Shown here: piece after piece, positions 27,091 to 40,724 of the stretch
Numbering within the stretch: position 1 is the stretch's first letter
Layout: the number at the start of each line of letters is the position of its first letter
DNA from: Blasia pusilla
Taxonomy: Eukaryota
NCBI GenBank assembly: GCA_050084515.1
Contig: CM114271.1
Span: forward strand, 26,536,001 to 26,600,000
Length of the DNA stretch: 64,000 nt
Reading direction: 5' to 3'
Notes under the pieces: generated by a model
What the model was told of the DNA's origin: nothing
What the model saw: the letters and a program-made list of their open reading frames with translations, nothing else
Database searches by the model: none
Made by a program: the position numbers and the translations under genes

Positions 27091-29264
27091 CTAAAGTGTG
27101 CATAATTCTTCCAATTCTACATATTCAACCAACAAAGCTTCATACTCATCTATTTTCCCCTCTAAGGCAATCCTAAGAACAACATCCAAATGCTTGGTCA
27201 TTAATCTTTTCCTACTTTTAGTCTTAATCACATTGTGCACAGAGAAGACTCTCTCACAAATAGTAGTACTAACACATTGTATCCTAGCAATATTGGCTAA
27301 AATGAGCAAGCTAGAGAACTTACATTGCAAGGATGGGCTCCAACTTTCCATAACCCACAAGTCCTTGAAGTTTCAATCTTTCCACTCCGTGGTGGCCATC
27401 AGCTTAAATGATTGAAGCTCTTGTTTCACGGCTGCTACACTCACTAAAGAAGGTTGCAAGTGACCTTTGAAGGGTAAGTCCGTCCCAAAATCTGCACAGA
27501 GGTAATCTAATTCCTTACAACCCGAGCTATTCAATCCCACTTGCCTTGAAGGCATGTGTAGAGGATTCATTATTCTCATAGCACTAATCAAATTTTTATC
27601 CTTAAACCGATATTGTAAAGCTACACAAACCCTCTCAGAAAAATTCTTTTGAAACAACAAGGCAGCCTCTAAATCCTTCCTAGTCAGATTCCTCAACATT
27701 TCAATACTATAGAACTTTCTTCCCCTAATCTCAGACTGTAAACGTTTCAAATATCCCCTTGGAGGACCAAAGTTTGGTAGAATGTGATAACCAATTTCTT
27801 CAGAGAAAGTAGAGGCATTCAGATGAGGGTTCTCCATTACAAAATTCATTGTTATGGAAGCTATTTCAGAAGTCACTATACTACCTATGGTACTAACATC
27901 TACAAACTTATATTGGAACACCTTACTCAAGTTAGCAAGAAGAAACAATATATCTGCCAAAAAAATATATATGGATGATAGATCATCTGAAATGATCTGA
28001 GTTTGTTATACAAATTGGCAGCATTACCATCATCTTCCGAGGACGAGATATCTATAAAATATGTAAGGACAGATTCCAATGAGTCACATAAAGTAGTAAC
28101 AACCTGCCAACATGAGAACCAGCGAATCTTGTCGTACCTCTTCATCACTTTCTGAGAATCATTCAACTTCTCTTGCAAAGTTTCAAGACCACACTTCCTC
28201 TTGGAAGACCTTCTAAAATATCCAGCTACTGCATTCAAGATCGAATATACATCTGTAGAAATTTCTTTACATCCTACACCTTTTGTTGCTGTTAAAGCAG
28301 CCAAGTTTGTCCTATGTGCCACACAATGCACAGATAATATAAAAGGATTGAACTTCTGTTTCAGTTGAGACGCTACTCTGTTTTGGCTTCCTACCATAGT
28401 GGAAGCTCCATCGGATCCAAAGACCACCAATTTTGATCCCTCTAGTCCCGAATCCTTCATCAACTCCAAGAAATTGTTAGTGATTGCATTCGAACATTTC
28501 TCTGGACATTGTAACAATCCTATAAAACAACTCTCCACCTGGCCCTCATCTAAGTAGGTTGCAAATACAACAAGATGTCCAGTGACAGATATATCTGTCA
28601 ACTCATCAATCATTATACCAAAGAAAGGAGATTGTTGGACTTTAGAAAGGTTCCTCCTAAGAAGAACCTAGCTAATATAATAACACATATCAACACAACT
28701 TTTTTCATCTTGGTACAAGTCGCGGGTTATAGGTGCATTCACAGAAATCAATAACTTACACAGATTTGAAAACTTTGAAAATGGCAATGCTTCTTTTGCA
28801 ATGAAATATGCACATTTGAACAGAGTCAAAAGTGCAAGATCACAAGTCCGATTTGCAGTGGCTACAGCCTTGGCCATGGATTTGTTCCCCACATTCACAG
28901 CCCATGCAAGCTTCATGTGCTCATTCGACTTACCATGATCTGTGAAGGCCGAAACCTTACCGTTTATGGCACCATCCCTAGCAAAGGAGTTTTTCCCCTT
29001 ACCCTGTCTACAAACTTTGCAGAAAATCCTACCAGATTCTACATGGAATTCTATCCAATCGAACAAAGTATACCAAAGATCCTTCCAAGCCAATCTGTTT
29101 TTCTCACTCTGACTTATCGAAGGAGTATTCGATTTGTCCCCTTCTCTCCCATCCGATGATCCTGACCTACTATTATCCTCAGCAAAGTCTTGACTAACTT
29201 CCTTATGTAGCATCTCATTCATAGTTTGCTGTCTCTTAGCCATGTAGAGGCTCGGAGAATGCAT
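27091..29264 (-). mobile_element. hAT transposase (ZNF862/DUF4371-like), disrupted; element may span ~26.7-30.9 kb, TIRs not resolved
   Basis: N-terminal IFCKVC..H zinc finger, IMIDELTD, FGSDGASTM, HCVAHR (CxxH), RW motif and C-terminal CERVFS dimerization motif, split by stops and frameshifts. Confidence 0.9.
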
Positions 29265-31299
29265 AACTATGACGTAGATACAAATCTATGGCAGAACTAT
29301 GGCGATCCCTATTGCCCTACCCAAGGCTCCACCCTAAGTAAAAGTGTAAGCAAAGCCGTGCAAGCCACACAACATAAACTTGTCAGTTACTAGGTGCTAA
29401 AGAAACAATGAAACTCAAGAAGGTGCGGCGGATCTGAAAAGTCATTGAACACCAAGACTCGGCGAAAAATACTGTCAGCTAATGCAATGTGTTATCAAAC
29501 ACACCTGATTCCCTAATCCCGGCTCGGATTCCCTCAGGTCCCTAATCCCGACTCGGATTCATGTACAAAGTGGCAACACGGATTGGAGAGTTTTGAAACC
29601 AGAGCTGCAGATACTCAAGCAGTTACGAAGAGTGGAGGTTTAAGGGCAAGAGGGCGACTTAAAAGTTCAAACACGGCAGCTGGTTAATGGAGCTTCAAAT
29701 TTCTACCATTCGGGGTCCCTGAGTGTGGAGGTCAAGCGCAGCCGAGACTCGACAAGACAAGGAGAGTCACAAACGACGGCTCGAGTCAAGACTGGACAAG
29801 AGAAAAAAGAGAAGGGCTAGACGAGTGCGAAACCGAAGTCTAGAAAAAGAGCTCATACCGGGATGAAAGCAGCAGCAGCTCAGAATCGGGCTCGATGAGA
29901 GCAAACCAGCAGCATCGACCACAAGAGAATCGGGTGGAGTCGGGCTTGGACAAGTCACGAAATCAGCTCAAGAGTTGAGAGTCGCTTTGGACGAGAGCAG
30001 CTCGACAGCGCGCCGAAGACAGTCGGGCCTGCACGGCAATAGCTCAGCACATGAGCGGCAGTGCAGTACACAACAAAGAGTGGGGCCTCGACCAAAAAAA
30101 ACATAGCAGGAACAGCCGGTGCTAGAGTCCTGCCACTCGGGCCTGAACGAAGGAATGATCGAGCAGCAGCGCGTTAAGGGTCAAGCAGCCACACCTACGA
30201 ACGAGCAGTAGCGCAAGAAACGGAAGATCGAGTAGCTGCAAGAAAATACCAAGGAGCGAGCAACACCACAAAGACACCAACGAGCGAGCAGCGAGGAAAA
30301 CAACGAGCGAGCAGCAACGAGCAACGCGAAGCAACAAACGAGAGAGCGCGAAAAAACCAACTAGCGAGGACGAGTGAGGTCACGAACTCAACGAAGGAGG
30401 GAGGCATGCAAATGACAGCCCCTCGGATCCCCCTCCACACTACCCCTCGGCCCCTCGGAGTCTCGTCCAGACTCCAGCCCGAGTCGGGTCCTGTGAATCT
30501 TGCCAACTTCCAATGGCAAGTGCCCACGCAACTACGCCCTAGGGCCCCTCCCCCTAGTGGCCTCACCCGACTCCCGAACTGGCGGCTTGCCCTAAGATGG
30601 AGGGCCTTGATCAAATCCTATATTTTTTAGTTCGCCGGCAGCCGGCAACTGATGCGGCAGCCAACCGGAATGACCTTTCTGGCCAGCAGCCACAAACTGG
30701 ACGGCATGTCGCCGGAACAACGCATTTCCGTCACATATTCCCTGAAACTCAGCAGAAAACCGCCCTATCCCTTTCCGGCCAGCAGGTTTTTGGGATGCCT
30801 CCAACCCCTGTCGGAATTGCATCCGGAATGTTCAAACACAACCCGGAATTCTCTAAATTTTCCCGTCTAGGTCAACACGTAGCCCCGGTTCTGCCCATTC
30901 ATTGTTTGGAACCAACGTTCCCACTCACGTGCTTTCAGAAAATAAGAAAATTTGTCTTCGCTCGCAAAGAGCCTTACATTTCTTTATTGTATCTAGATCC
31001 TTTTCAGGTTGACACCCGTCTTTTGAAGGCTCTTCACTTTTGTCGACACCTGTCCACTTAACGTGGTGTTAAGGACTAATAAGGACATGTTATATGAAGG
31101 AAACTCCAAACAATACGAAAGTGTGTAGCACTAGACACCATAAGTGTGCAAGAGAGGAAAATATCTTTTAGTAGTGGACCCTTTAGCCATGTTTGAAAAT
31201 TTTAAATAATTACCCGATTAAGGATTTAATAAAATTCCAAAAATTTCTCAGTTTCGAATCATGTCGAGAGGTGTTACCTTACGAAGGATATAACCACGA

Positions 31300-33295
31300 T
31301 GTTAAAGCCGCAACAAGAGGTTTTAATTCTTTTGGTTCACAAAACCGCAACAATGAGCACCGAAAAAAGTTAATTCGTTTATCAGTAATAGCCTTCCTTC
31401 CTCTCATCTCTTGGCCTCGCACTTATTCGTCCTCGGGTTAAGCCATGTAGGATGAAAGTCAAGTCCCAAGCGAGATTAGAACCCGCAACTTGATGAGTTA
31501 CCAATTTTGCTACAAATTCCTGCGCGCTAGGGGGAGGAATTTAAAAATATAGACTCAGTTTTATAGAGTATTTCAAACCCAACCCTCGAAAATCATATAA
31601 GCACGACACCAAGGAGATCATTAAACGCCATCCTTCCCTAGATTATGGTCCGAATAATGAATAAAGTTCCAAGGATGCATTGCCCTCTTGGCGATTTAAT
31701 TCGTTTCTTCATCAATATAACGAAACAAAAACCAAGGTGGGATGAAAGTACTTAATTCTTTTATTTTTTAAAGAATAATTTTTAAAAAAAGAGAATAAAG
31801 TTCCAAGGATGGATTAACCTCATGGCGATTTAATTCATTTCTTCAGCAAAACAACAAAACCAAGGTGGGATGAAAATACTTAATTCTTCTATTTTTAAAA
31901 GAAAAAGTTTCCAGAGGAAACCTTAAAATGGCTCGTTGGGCGGCGTGTCTCCGGAATCGTGGAGTATCGGTAGCGAAGATGCCACCTGTGCCTCATTTCT
32001 TCATTGCCAAAATAGCAGGGGTCGGATTCGAACGCGGCATCTATGCCGTCTACAACTCTCACCTCACAGTTGGACTCGGTGACATTCTGCAAATCGCCCA
32101 CTCCGGGTGTCTAGTTTTCACAGGTCTGTAAACAGAAGAGTTATAAAGGGACATTACAATGGATCGTTAGGTCACGAAAAACATGAACTGTTTGTCTTCA
32201 TAAAACCAAATGACGAGTGGTGGATGCCTATTTCTTCATGTAGGATATCTATATTATAATTTGCGATCATATATGCATAGTAAGACGAATTAGTGACAAG
32301 TAGTAATTAGTTTTATTTCATAATTCATGCTTGATATTTTGAAAGGGGAAAATGAATGGAAGGGACAAATGATTTTTTAAATTAAAAATTAAAAATAATT
32401 TAATTAATATGTGAAGTGGAATGGGAGAAGAAGATATTGTTTAAACTTTCGTAGAATGATATAACTATTTAGAGGAGTGGAGAATTATTTAAATTTTAAT
32501 TGAAGAATGGAGTGATTTGTTCCTTTCAGATTTGATAAAATAAAATTTCTATTTTATTTTGAAATTAAAAAATAAGATTATTAAAAAAGTCATTTTCTGC
32601 CATGCTAACTAGAAACCATAACAGTAAGGTCGCAACCAGAAGTTTCAAATTTTTTCACAAAACCGCAATAATGAGGACTGAATAATTTAATTAGTTAAGG
32701 CCTCTACAAATATGTGTAGTTTTTTTTATTGAGACTATCCACATGTCCTCCGACACGTATTTGGTAATTTAATAATACTTCCCCTCTCAAGAGACCGCAC
32801 ACTCGAATCGATTTAACTGGTTTGGTTCATCAAAAAAACTCGAAAATCATATAACCATCACCAAGGGTTCAGTAAAGGCCTCCCTTGCTTTGCTCAAAAC
32901 AAATAAATAAAGCTCCAAGGATGAAGTAACCTCTTGGATAAAACGCTCGTAAATCATAAAACCACAAAACCAGGGAGGAATGGAAGGATTTAATTATTTC
33001 GTTTCCAAAGATTTATTGATGCTACGCAGGGTACCCCTTAGATGGCTCGGAAGGCATGTTGTCCCCGAAGTCGTGGAGTTCTGATGGCGAGAATGCCATC
33101 TGTTGCCTAGATTCATCATAGCCAATTTTGCTGCCTCCAGAGCTCGAACCTTCAGTGGTATTTGAAGACACTCTGCACTTGCCGCTGGAACACAGAAGTT
33201 ACTGCGGCTTACTAGTTGAAAACTTACAATAATATAAGCCATAACAAATCGAAACCCAAAAAAATCGGTTGTTTACTTCATAAAACCAAATTAGT
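31300..33295. repeat. Diverged tandem duplication (~31300-32215 vs ~32620-33295) with an internal ~130-bp tandem repeat (31660-31895)
   Basis: Colinear shared blocks: cacaaaaccgcaa, ctcgaaaatcatataa, ataaag.tccaaggatg, tcgtggagt...atgcca, cttcataaaaccaaat. Confidence 0.75.
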
Positions 33296-34189
33296 GCCCG
33301 AATTAACTTTTGAAACCTTCCCAAAAGAAATATGGTAAGGAAAACCAGATAGGAAACACATGCCTATGGTGGCTATACTCTATATGACATTAGGAGTGCA
33401 AGTAGGAGACAAGTATTGAACGGGGTGCGACAAGAAGGGTTCAATATCTTTTAGTGGCAAGGTAAGAGGGTGGGGTGTGTAAATGGATTAATGAAATAAT
33501 GGACATACACAAATTTTTTTCAAGAAAACGTGATGGGGATGAAGAGGGTGGCATGTGTGGAACAAGGACGATCGAATGAGAATTGCCACCACATATTGTC
33601 ATAGATGGCAGAAAATCCAAAAAAGCTAGTGATGTCCTCGTCTTCATGGGTGGCTTCATGATGCTACCTTTCTACTAAGGAGTCAAAGTTGATGCTCCAA
33701 AGTAGTAAAGGATTGATCAACGTTCTTTCATATCGGTTGCGGGGTGGTTGCGGGGTGGGATACGACGGGTGGCCATGAGGAGTAACATGTGCGGATGGGG
33801 GAAAGCTTGATGGGAGAGGGGAGATGATGGGTCTAATCATATACCGAGACAACAAGCTCCACTTGTTCTTTGTTTGGATCCACACCATGGTTCCTATGGT
33901 GAAGTATTTTTATTTGTATTTTACTTTCGAGATCTTTGATCTTATTAGGCTTTATCGCATGTAGTCATGTAGTGAGTGCTCCCCAAGTGACTTCCTTTCT
34001 TCATCCAAATTACCCCACCCCCTCTTCTACGTTCATCTTCATTTTTCGTTCATGCTTGATTCATGGTTGTCTCCATTACTCCACCCTTAGGTAGACCCTT
34101 GTTTCAATCCATGTGATGTGGCTTTGCCTGGTTATTTCTCACATTCTTAGTATCTCCATGAAGCCACTAGTACTTGTGTTTGGGGTTAT

Positions 34190-36570
34190 GGTTTGGGTCT
34201 AGAATTCTTAGGTAATGAAGGTAGATAAGAGTTTATTCTAGGATGATTATTACCATGGACGGAAGAGATTCAATAACTATGACAACTAGCTCAAAAGGGG
34301 GAAGTATGAGCCCGAGTATGAGACATATTGGCAGGCATTGTCTCTCGAGTTTGATGGAGGGGATTACTTTCTCTTGTTGTTGAGCTATATCCATACCTTG
34401 ACCCATGCAAGCCCTCCGTGTGGGGACCTCTAGGTCCTCTAGTCGGAATACGAAATGCCTTTCTTGTTCCAAATTCTTCACTCGTTCAAGAATTCGGAAC
34501 CACCTAGCTGCTAAGCATCTTGACTTTGATAGATTGGGTCGGGTGGTTTCTCTAATCGACCATGGATCCTCTTTAGTGCTTTTTGCAGCATTACCCCCTC
34601 CTTAGTCATGTGAGTGGTTAAGGACCCACCTCGGCAACATTATAGACCTCTTTGAGATATGTTTTCTGGCCCTAAAGTTATTCCATAGGATCCCCCATGC
34701 TATTTGGGATGACTTCCATCAAGCTCTACTCTTCCTCCTAGCTAGGATCACACTCGATCATGTGGACGATCTCTCTGGGTATCTACTACTTCTCCTTCCA
34801 TGATCATGTTGTCTCCATTAGACCCGAGTGGGTAAGCTCGGCCATAAAGAGGTTGTGGCCCAATTGAGGCATCTTTTGAGCGGTTGATTGGGAGTCTTTG
34901 TAGAGCAGGTTTGTGGCATATGCTAAAGCTAGTACATATTTTGGTTTCCAGCCAAATGATCTTGTAGTAGCCAAGTTGCAATGATGTAGGACACTTGGAC
35001 GAGCTTGTGAGTACTCGCATTTTTTGCTGGATGGGTGTTCTACCTTCGTCACTTGTTACCATTGATGCACTCCAATCAAAAAGCTACACGCTCATCCAGC
35101 AGTTGATATTCTAGCTTTTGCAAGTGAGTTCCATTTTAACATGGATGTATGCCATGATCCATCTCTCTTTGCATAGGCACTCGGACGTTCTCCTAGGATC
35201 GAGGTCGGAGGGTTGGCTCCTATGATGTACGAACATCTTCATGATTGCTTTCCTCCCGAGGACTCCGCTAGTGGCTTTTCCGAGTTGCTTCAAGTTGCTC
35301 TCACCTAAAACACCAAAGAGTGCCATTAGTAGTGGCCCAAGTATTGGGAGTGGGGTGAATTTTGTCATTTTCCAAGGAGTATGGAGGCTTTCGTCCGATC
35401 ACCATAGGCAAGGTGCTCTTGCCGTAGGTGAGTCCCACTATCGATTCACAATTCTATGGGGCTTTCTAGTGACACTTGAGTTTGTATTAGTTTGGAGTTG
35501 CCACACTAGCCGACTGTAAGATGGTTACGTTAGATTTTAGGGCTTGTCTCAATGTACATCTTGAGTGGGTGGTTCTCTATGTGGATTTGAAGAAAACCTT
35601 CAACTCAGTGTCATGAGCAGCTATCTTCATAAAGTTAAGAGATATAGGTGGCCCCATTGCAAGCCTCATTTCCTTCCTGCTCGCGTTCCATAGGGCCCCT
35701 CAGATTCTTTATTTCTTCTATGGTCGGTTCAAGGAGGAGGTTATAGTTTTGGAGTCCACCTCCGTGACTCCTCAAGGTGACCCCCTCGGTGGCACGTTGT
35801 TTTCTTGGGCTCATTACGAAGCGGTTCTTTCTACAATGGAGGATTTTAAGGGGTTGCATTCTCTCCTCGTTAGCAATTGAAACTCATATAGTTGGCCCTG
35901 GAGATCTATTCATCCCTGCATTTCAACACTTTTTTGCACAACTTGCACGTGTTGGTATCACAATGAATGTGGAAAACTGCAAGGCTTGGTCTCCATCAAG
36001 CCTACCCAACATCTTCATTTATCCGATGGATTTATGACATTTGTCAGAGGGCTTTGTGTCTTAGGAGTCCTACTCGGAAGCCAAAACTTTGTCTCAAGTT
36101 TCATGAAGGTGGCTCTTTGCCGCTCTTACCAAGGATATGCTCCATATCAATGATTTCACAAGGATTTTTAATCCTCAAGTTGCCTATGGCATTCTCTCTT
36201 CTTGTTTTGCTTGTCGACCTAGTTATCTTGCTGGAAGAGAGAATGCCTATCTACTTCCTATAGATTCATTGATAAGAAGATCCTACATGTGTTTGGGGAT
36301 CTTGTAGGATCCGTCTCCTTAGAGTGCCCCATGGGGGATTTAGCTTGTAGACATGTTTCTTAGCAGATTGCCTTTGGAAGGCATGTTCTTGTCTTGGCTG
36401 AGTTAATGGCACTCTCTGGTTTTTTAGAGAGATGGGCCACTACATCATTCCTTGTTTGCTTTAGATTTATGGTTAGGATAAACCACTCCTTCTATAATAT
36501 GTAGTTCAGATTGATGATGGCCTTTTTCCAATGCAGTCTTCCCTTGGGGCAAGTAGATTTTCACCTCTCC
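34190..36570 (+). mobile_element. CRE-like non-LTR retrotransposon, copy 1 (decayed, 3' truncated)
   Basis: N-terminal C2H2 finger (CLSCSKFFTRSRIRNHLAAKH) and RT motifs (FNSV, QGDPLG); colinear with copy 2. Confidence 0.8.
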
Positions 36571-37319
36571 ATCATTGTTGCTTCATCTAGTGAAGGCGGG
36601 TGAGCATGAAAGGAAAGGGAGACGTGAGGAAAGATGAACGATTGTGAGGCCTTCCTTTTCGAGGTCCCTTCTTCGTATCTCTAATAGGAAAAGAAAAATA
36701 GGAGGTAAGAGGTTACTCATTGCCTCATAGAACTAGAATAATAACATGTGTATCGAAGTGGGACGATGTTTGTCTACAAAGGGAAAAAACCTAAAGCCAC
36801 GTGTAAAATAAAATAGGGAGGGAGAACCAATAAGAGAATATTAGTAGAACAAGAAGTGGGAGAAGGAGAGGTGACCGTACTAACTACGTAACCTTCTAAA
36901 GAAGAAAAATTAGACGTTCTCTTATAAAAAGCTGAAGATTTGGTACACCACGTGGTAGCGTTCAAATGAATAATAGCCGACGACGTGAATGGGCGTTCGA
37001 GCACTGCAGAAGAAAATTTTGTGGGTTTTGTCGGAGATGTCGGGTTTACAAGGAGCCCTCGCCTTCTCCTCTCTCTCTCTCTCTCTAGCCCCGGCCTTCC
37101 TTAGCCACCACCATCACCACCACTACAACAAACAACGTCAAGTGACCACTCCACCGCTTCACCCTTTGGTCCGAAAAGAAAACAAAATGGGCCAGCGCCA
37201 TTTTGCAGAGCGACTGGGACGGCCTGACTAAGTTCACAAGCATTCCATGCGCAGCAACCACTACCTGCCCAGCTACGAGTCCTTTTCTGCTGCGATTAGC
37301 CCAGGTCGTTCAGACGCTA

Positions 37320-38600
37320 TGGCTCTCACCACGTTGCTAGGAGACGAAGTACCGGGTTAAGGGTTAAGTAAGAAAGACGGTCAGGGGTTTCCGGTCACTC
37401 CAATCGCTGCTAACTAGCGCTCTCATTGTCGACGTCGCCGACGGAGACTGGGGTACGTTGATGACCTCTCTTCTATACGATCACTACTTAGGACCCGTAA
37501 GGGACGTTTTGGTCATCTATGGAACCGCACTGTATGGAAGAGAGGGACATTGTTTGCGAGTGAGAAGGAGTGCGTTCAGATTTGTGGAACTGCAGCAATC
37601 ACTTACATAATAGAGCATAGAGCAGGGAGTAGCTTACACTCTGACAGCTCCTTTTGCAAGAGGAATCCAGCGAACCCCTTGGAAACGAAGCCAGCGATTC
37701 TTACTGTGGAGAAGTGGACTCAGTAGTATGTGCGGAAAGCATCATCGACAAAGAAGTGAATCTTCTTTTCGCCAGCTTGTTGGACAAGTCGATGTCGTTC
37801 TTCTCCTCTTCTTCGTAGAAACAGGTATTCTTTACCAAGAGAATGTCTCCGTGCTGCAACACGAAAATTGTGACGAAATGAGCATCAGTAAATTGAAGGT
37901 ATCGCAAACAACACAGAGAAGGTTTCTTAATTGCCACTCAGTTATGCGCAGGTGGAAGGCAAGTGGTCGAATCTGATCCAAACTACGGTCACTTGTCACG
38001 ATCTGTATTTTCTTTCTCTGTTGAGATGATGTGCTCGGAGACGTTCCGGCCCGGCTCCGAACCGCTACCAATTTCAACGTCAGTTTCAAGTGACATTCCA
38101 TAAGCGAGTTCCTTCCCTCCAGAAATTGTTTGAGGACAGAGGGAGGGAACTTGAAATCAACGAATGAGGGAGGTTGGAGGATTTCCATTTCTATAAACTG
38201 CAACTATTTCTTGAGATTTCTGATTCTTTTGGTCATTTTTCTTTCCTACTCGAACGTAGAGAAATTAGCACTCTATAACTGTCGAATTTGGAGACAAATA
38301 ATTCTGTATCAAGTGGCCAGATTTCATGTAGAATTAGAGGAGGTGGTGATCTCATGTGGTAGAGGAGGTGGGATCTCAAGAAGCTGGCTATGCCACAGCC
38401 CAGGTCCTAGAAAACTGATCGGAGATTGATCAGGCCGCCGTGAGGATTGCGTGGCTCCAGAGAGAAAGGGGAAGCTACGGGTGTTACGGGGGGATCAAGC
38501 CAGGTCAGTGCTGTGGGACGAGGATTCATGTACTGGTTCCGGAGATGGATATGGGAGGACCATTGAGTCGCTCGGAGATAGCGGAGATGCAACCTTACAC
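37320..38600 (+). pseudogene. Possible degraded LRR/F-box-like gene relic
   Basis: Coding-like composition with LxxLxLxxC-type fragments (VEKLALYNC, LEEVVISC); many disruptions. Confidence 0.25.
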
Positions 38601-39692
38601 TAAAACGTGTGGATCGTTTGTTGGCTGCAGTTGTATGTAATAAGCATATTCTATAGAGGTCAACCTAACGTACATTTCTATATTATTTTGGGAAGGGATT
38701 GGGCCATAAGTCCTAGGTGAAGATGATAGATAAGAGTTCATAAAAGTTCATACTAAGGAGAGTATTACCGTGGACGAGAAGAGAGTTGATTATCATTAGT
38801 GCTGGTTCGAATGAGGATTGTGGGACGGATTCTGGTGGGGAGTGTCTCTTCAATTTGATGGAAGGGGTCATGTTCTCCTCTTGGTGAGCGGTGTCCATGC
38901 CTCGACCCGCATCGGCCCCTCGAGTAGGGACCCGTGGGTCATCTAGTCGGGATACGAAATGCCCTTGTTGTCCCGAATTCCTCACTCGTTCATGAATTCC
39001 GAACCACTTAGCAGCTAAACATCGTGACTTTCATAGATTTGGACGGGTGGTTCCTCTAGTCGATCATGGATGCTCAGCGGTGCTTCATGCATCATCGCCC
39101 ACTCCCGAGGCATAGGAGTAGTTGAGATCCCACCTTGGTAGCATCATAGATCTCTTTGAGACCCGTTTTCCTTGCCTGAGGTTATTTCATAGGATCCCCC
39201 ATGCCATTCGTGATGAGCTTTGCCAGAATTTCTTCCTTTCTCTATCTAGGATCGTGCTTGATCCTATGGATGAGCTATCGTGGTATCTACTACTTCTCCT
39301 TCCACGATGGTGTCTTTGCTATACCTAAGGAGGCAAGGCTCGCCATAAAGAGGTTGTGGCCCGATTGCGGCGCTTTCGAGGAGGCGATCGGGAGTCTCTG
39401 CAGAGCGAGTTCATGGCGTATGCTAGAGGTAGCACTTCACTTGGTTTCCTAGCGGATGATCTTGTAGCAACCAGATTGCAATGATGTAGGACACTTGGAC
39501 GAGCCAGGGAGTACTCGCGAGTGGCTCATGCGCTTTCCCCTATGGATATGGCTCCTCCTTCCGCTGTTACCATCGACGCCCTCCGGAGACTACATCCTCG
39601 TCCAGCGAATGACATTCCAACTTTTGTGCGCGATTTCCATCCTGACACGGCTTTATGCCTAGATCCGTCCCTCTTTGCACGGGCACTCGGGC

Positions 39693-40724
39693 TGTCGTGC
39701 GCCTACTCTCCTTGAATGTTAATCTTGTTTGTTGCGGAAGCGTGCGTTCAGTAGGTCACGATCTCAATGCTCATCTGCATCCAAACACACACTTCGGTTA
39801 GTCGGGTCTTGGATCAATCAGCGGGATTACTTTCCGAGTTCTCGTCTCGGACTCTCTCTTCAAGCTCAACCTTCCTAGTTTCACGGTTTCCAACACGGGC
39901 AAGTCTCGAAAGACTTGGGACAGACTTTCTGGTCGGTTCAGGAACCTGAAACGGCGTTTCGCGCCTAGCGGTTCCAACTGCCCGATGAACATCCAATGAG
40001 TTCCTCACCAAGACTCGCACGAAGTGAATCTCGGGTTGGAATCCAAGTGTGGCGTACAAAGTCCACTCCCTTGGATCAGGTTTGGGTTTCGGGTTTCCGC
40101 GCCAAACTCCCGTTCCATCCTGTGCCTCTGAAACGCCGTTTGGCGCCCAAAGTGGGGTTTCGTTTCCCGAGACATCTCATAGAGGTTACTCCCCTTACTA
40201 GTACTTCTGGGGATCTCCGGGGCCCCCTACATTTAGGGAAAGACACCCGGGCCTCTCAAATTGGACCTCCACCCGATTGCTCTCTGAATCGTTTTCGGCC
40301 AATATCTCAGCCTGTACTTATGCGTTTGCTAAGATCTTTGGTGCGTTGGAAGTGTCTCAAGATCAGCTTTCCAACGCGCCCTTACTTGTCCCGAACGCAT
40401 CTTGGAGCTCAACGTTATGGTCCTAAATACAGTCAGATTCTCCCAAACGCTAGTCGTGTTCCAAACTGGTTCTCACCTCTTTGGCAACCAACCTCCAAGA
40501 CTCAACTCATCTCAAGTCTCGGCTTGCGTTTGGTCTAGGTTTCCTGGTCGCGACCACTAACGCATGAAACGCACAACTCTGTTCCGCGTTTCGTCTCTTA
40601 GACTTTTCCAAGAGACTCTTCCAAACGCCTCTCCAAAGCGCAAACCTCGCGGCGTGAGTTCCTTTGAGTTATGATGTTTCGCTTGGCGCGTATTTGGTGT
40701 TGTTTGGTTATGAGGGTCGCGACA
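39693..40724 (-). mobile_element. Solo LTR related to the chromovirus LTRs
   Basis: tgtcgtg...cgcgaca with exact TSD CGGGC; clearly homologous to, but diverged from, 11145-12146. Confidence 0.93.

Noticed and set aside
26600-30900. TIRs and TSD for the hAT element
   Set aside because: Both sides have ccggaa-rich subterminal-like motifs, but no convincing inverted pair or 8-bp duplication was found.
31660-31895. CRISPR-like repeat array
   Set aside because: Only two or three long diverged repeats, no unique spacers, eukaryotic context.
32013-32092. tRNA-like sequence on the minus strand (gttcgaatcc T-loop); similar hints near 31465-31520 and a CTTCAAA near 33165
   Set aside because: Acceptor and anticodon stems do not pair, so no cloverleaf can be built. 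tRNAscan-SE would settle it.
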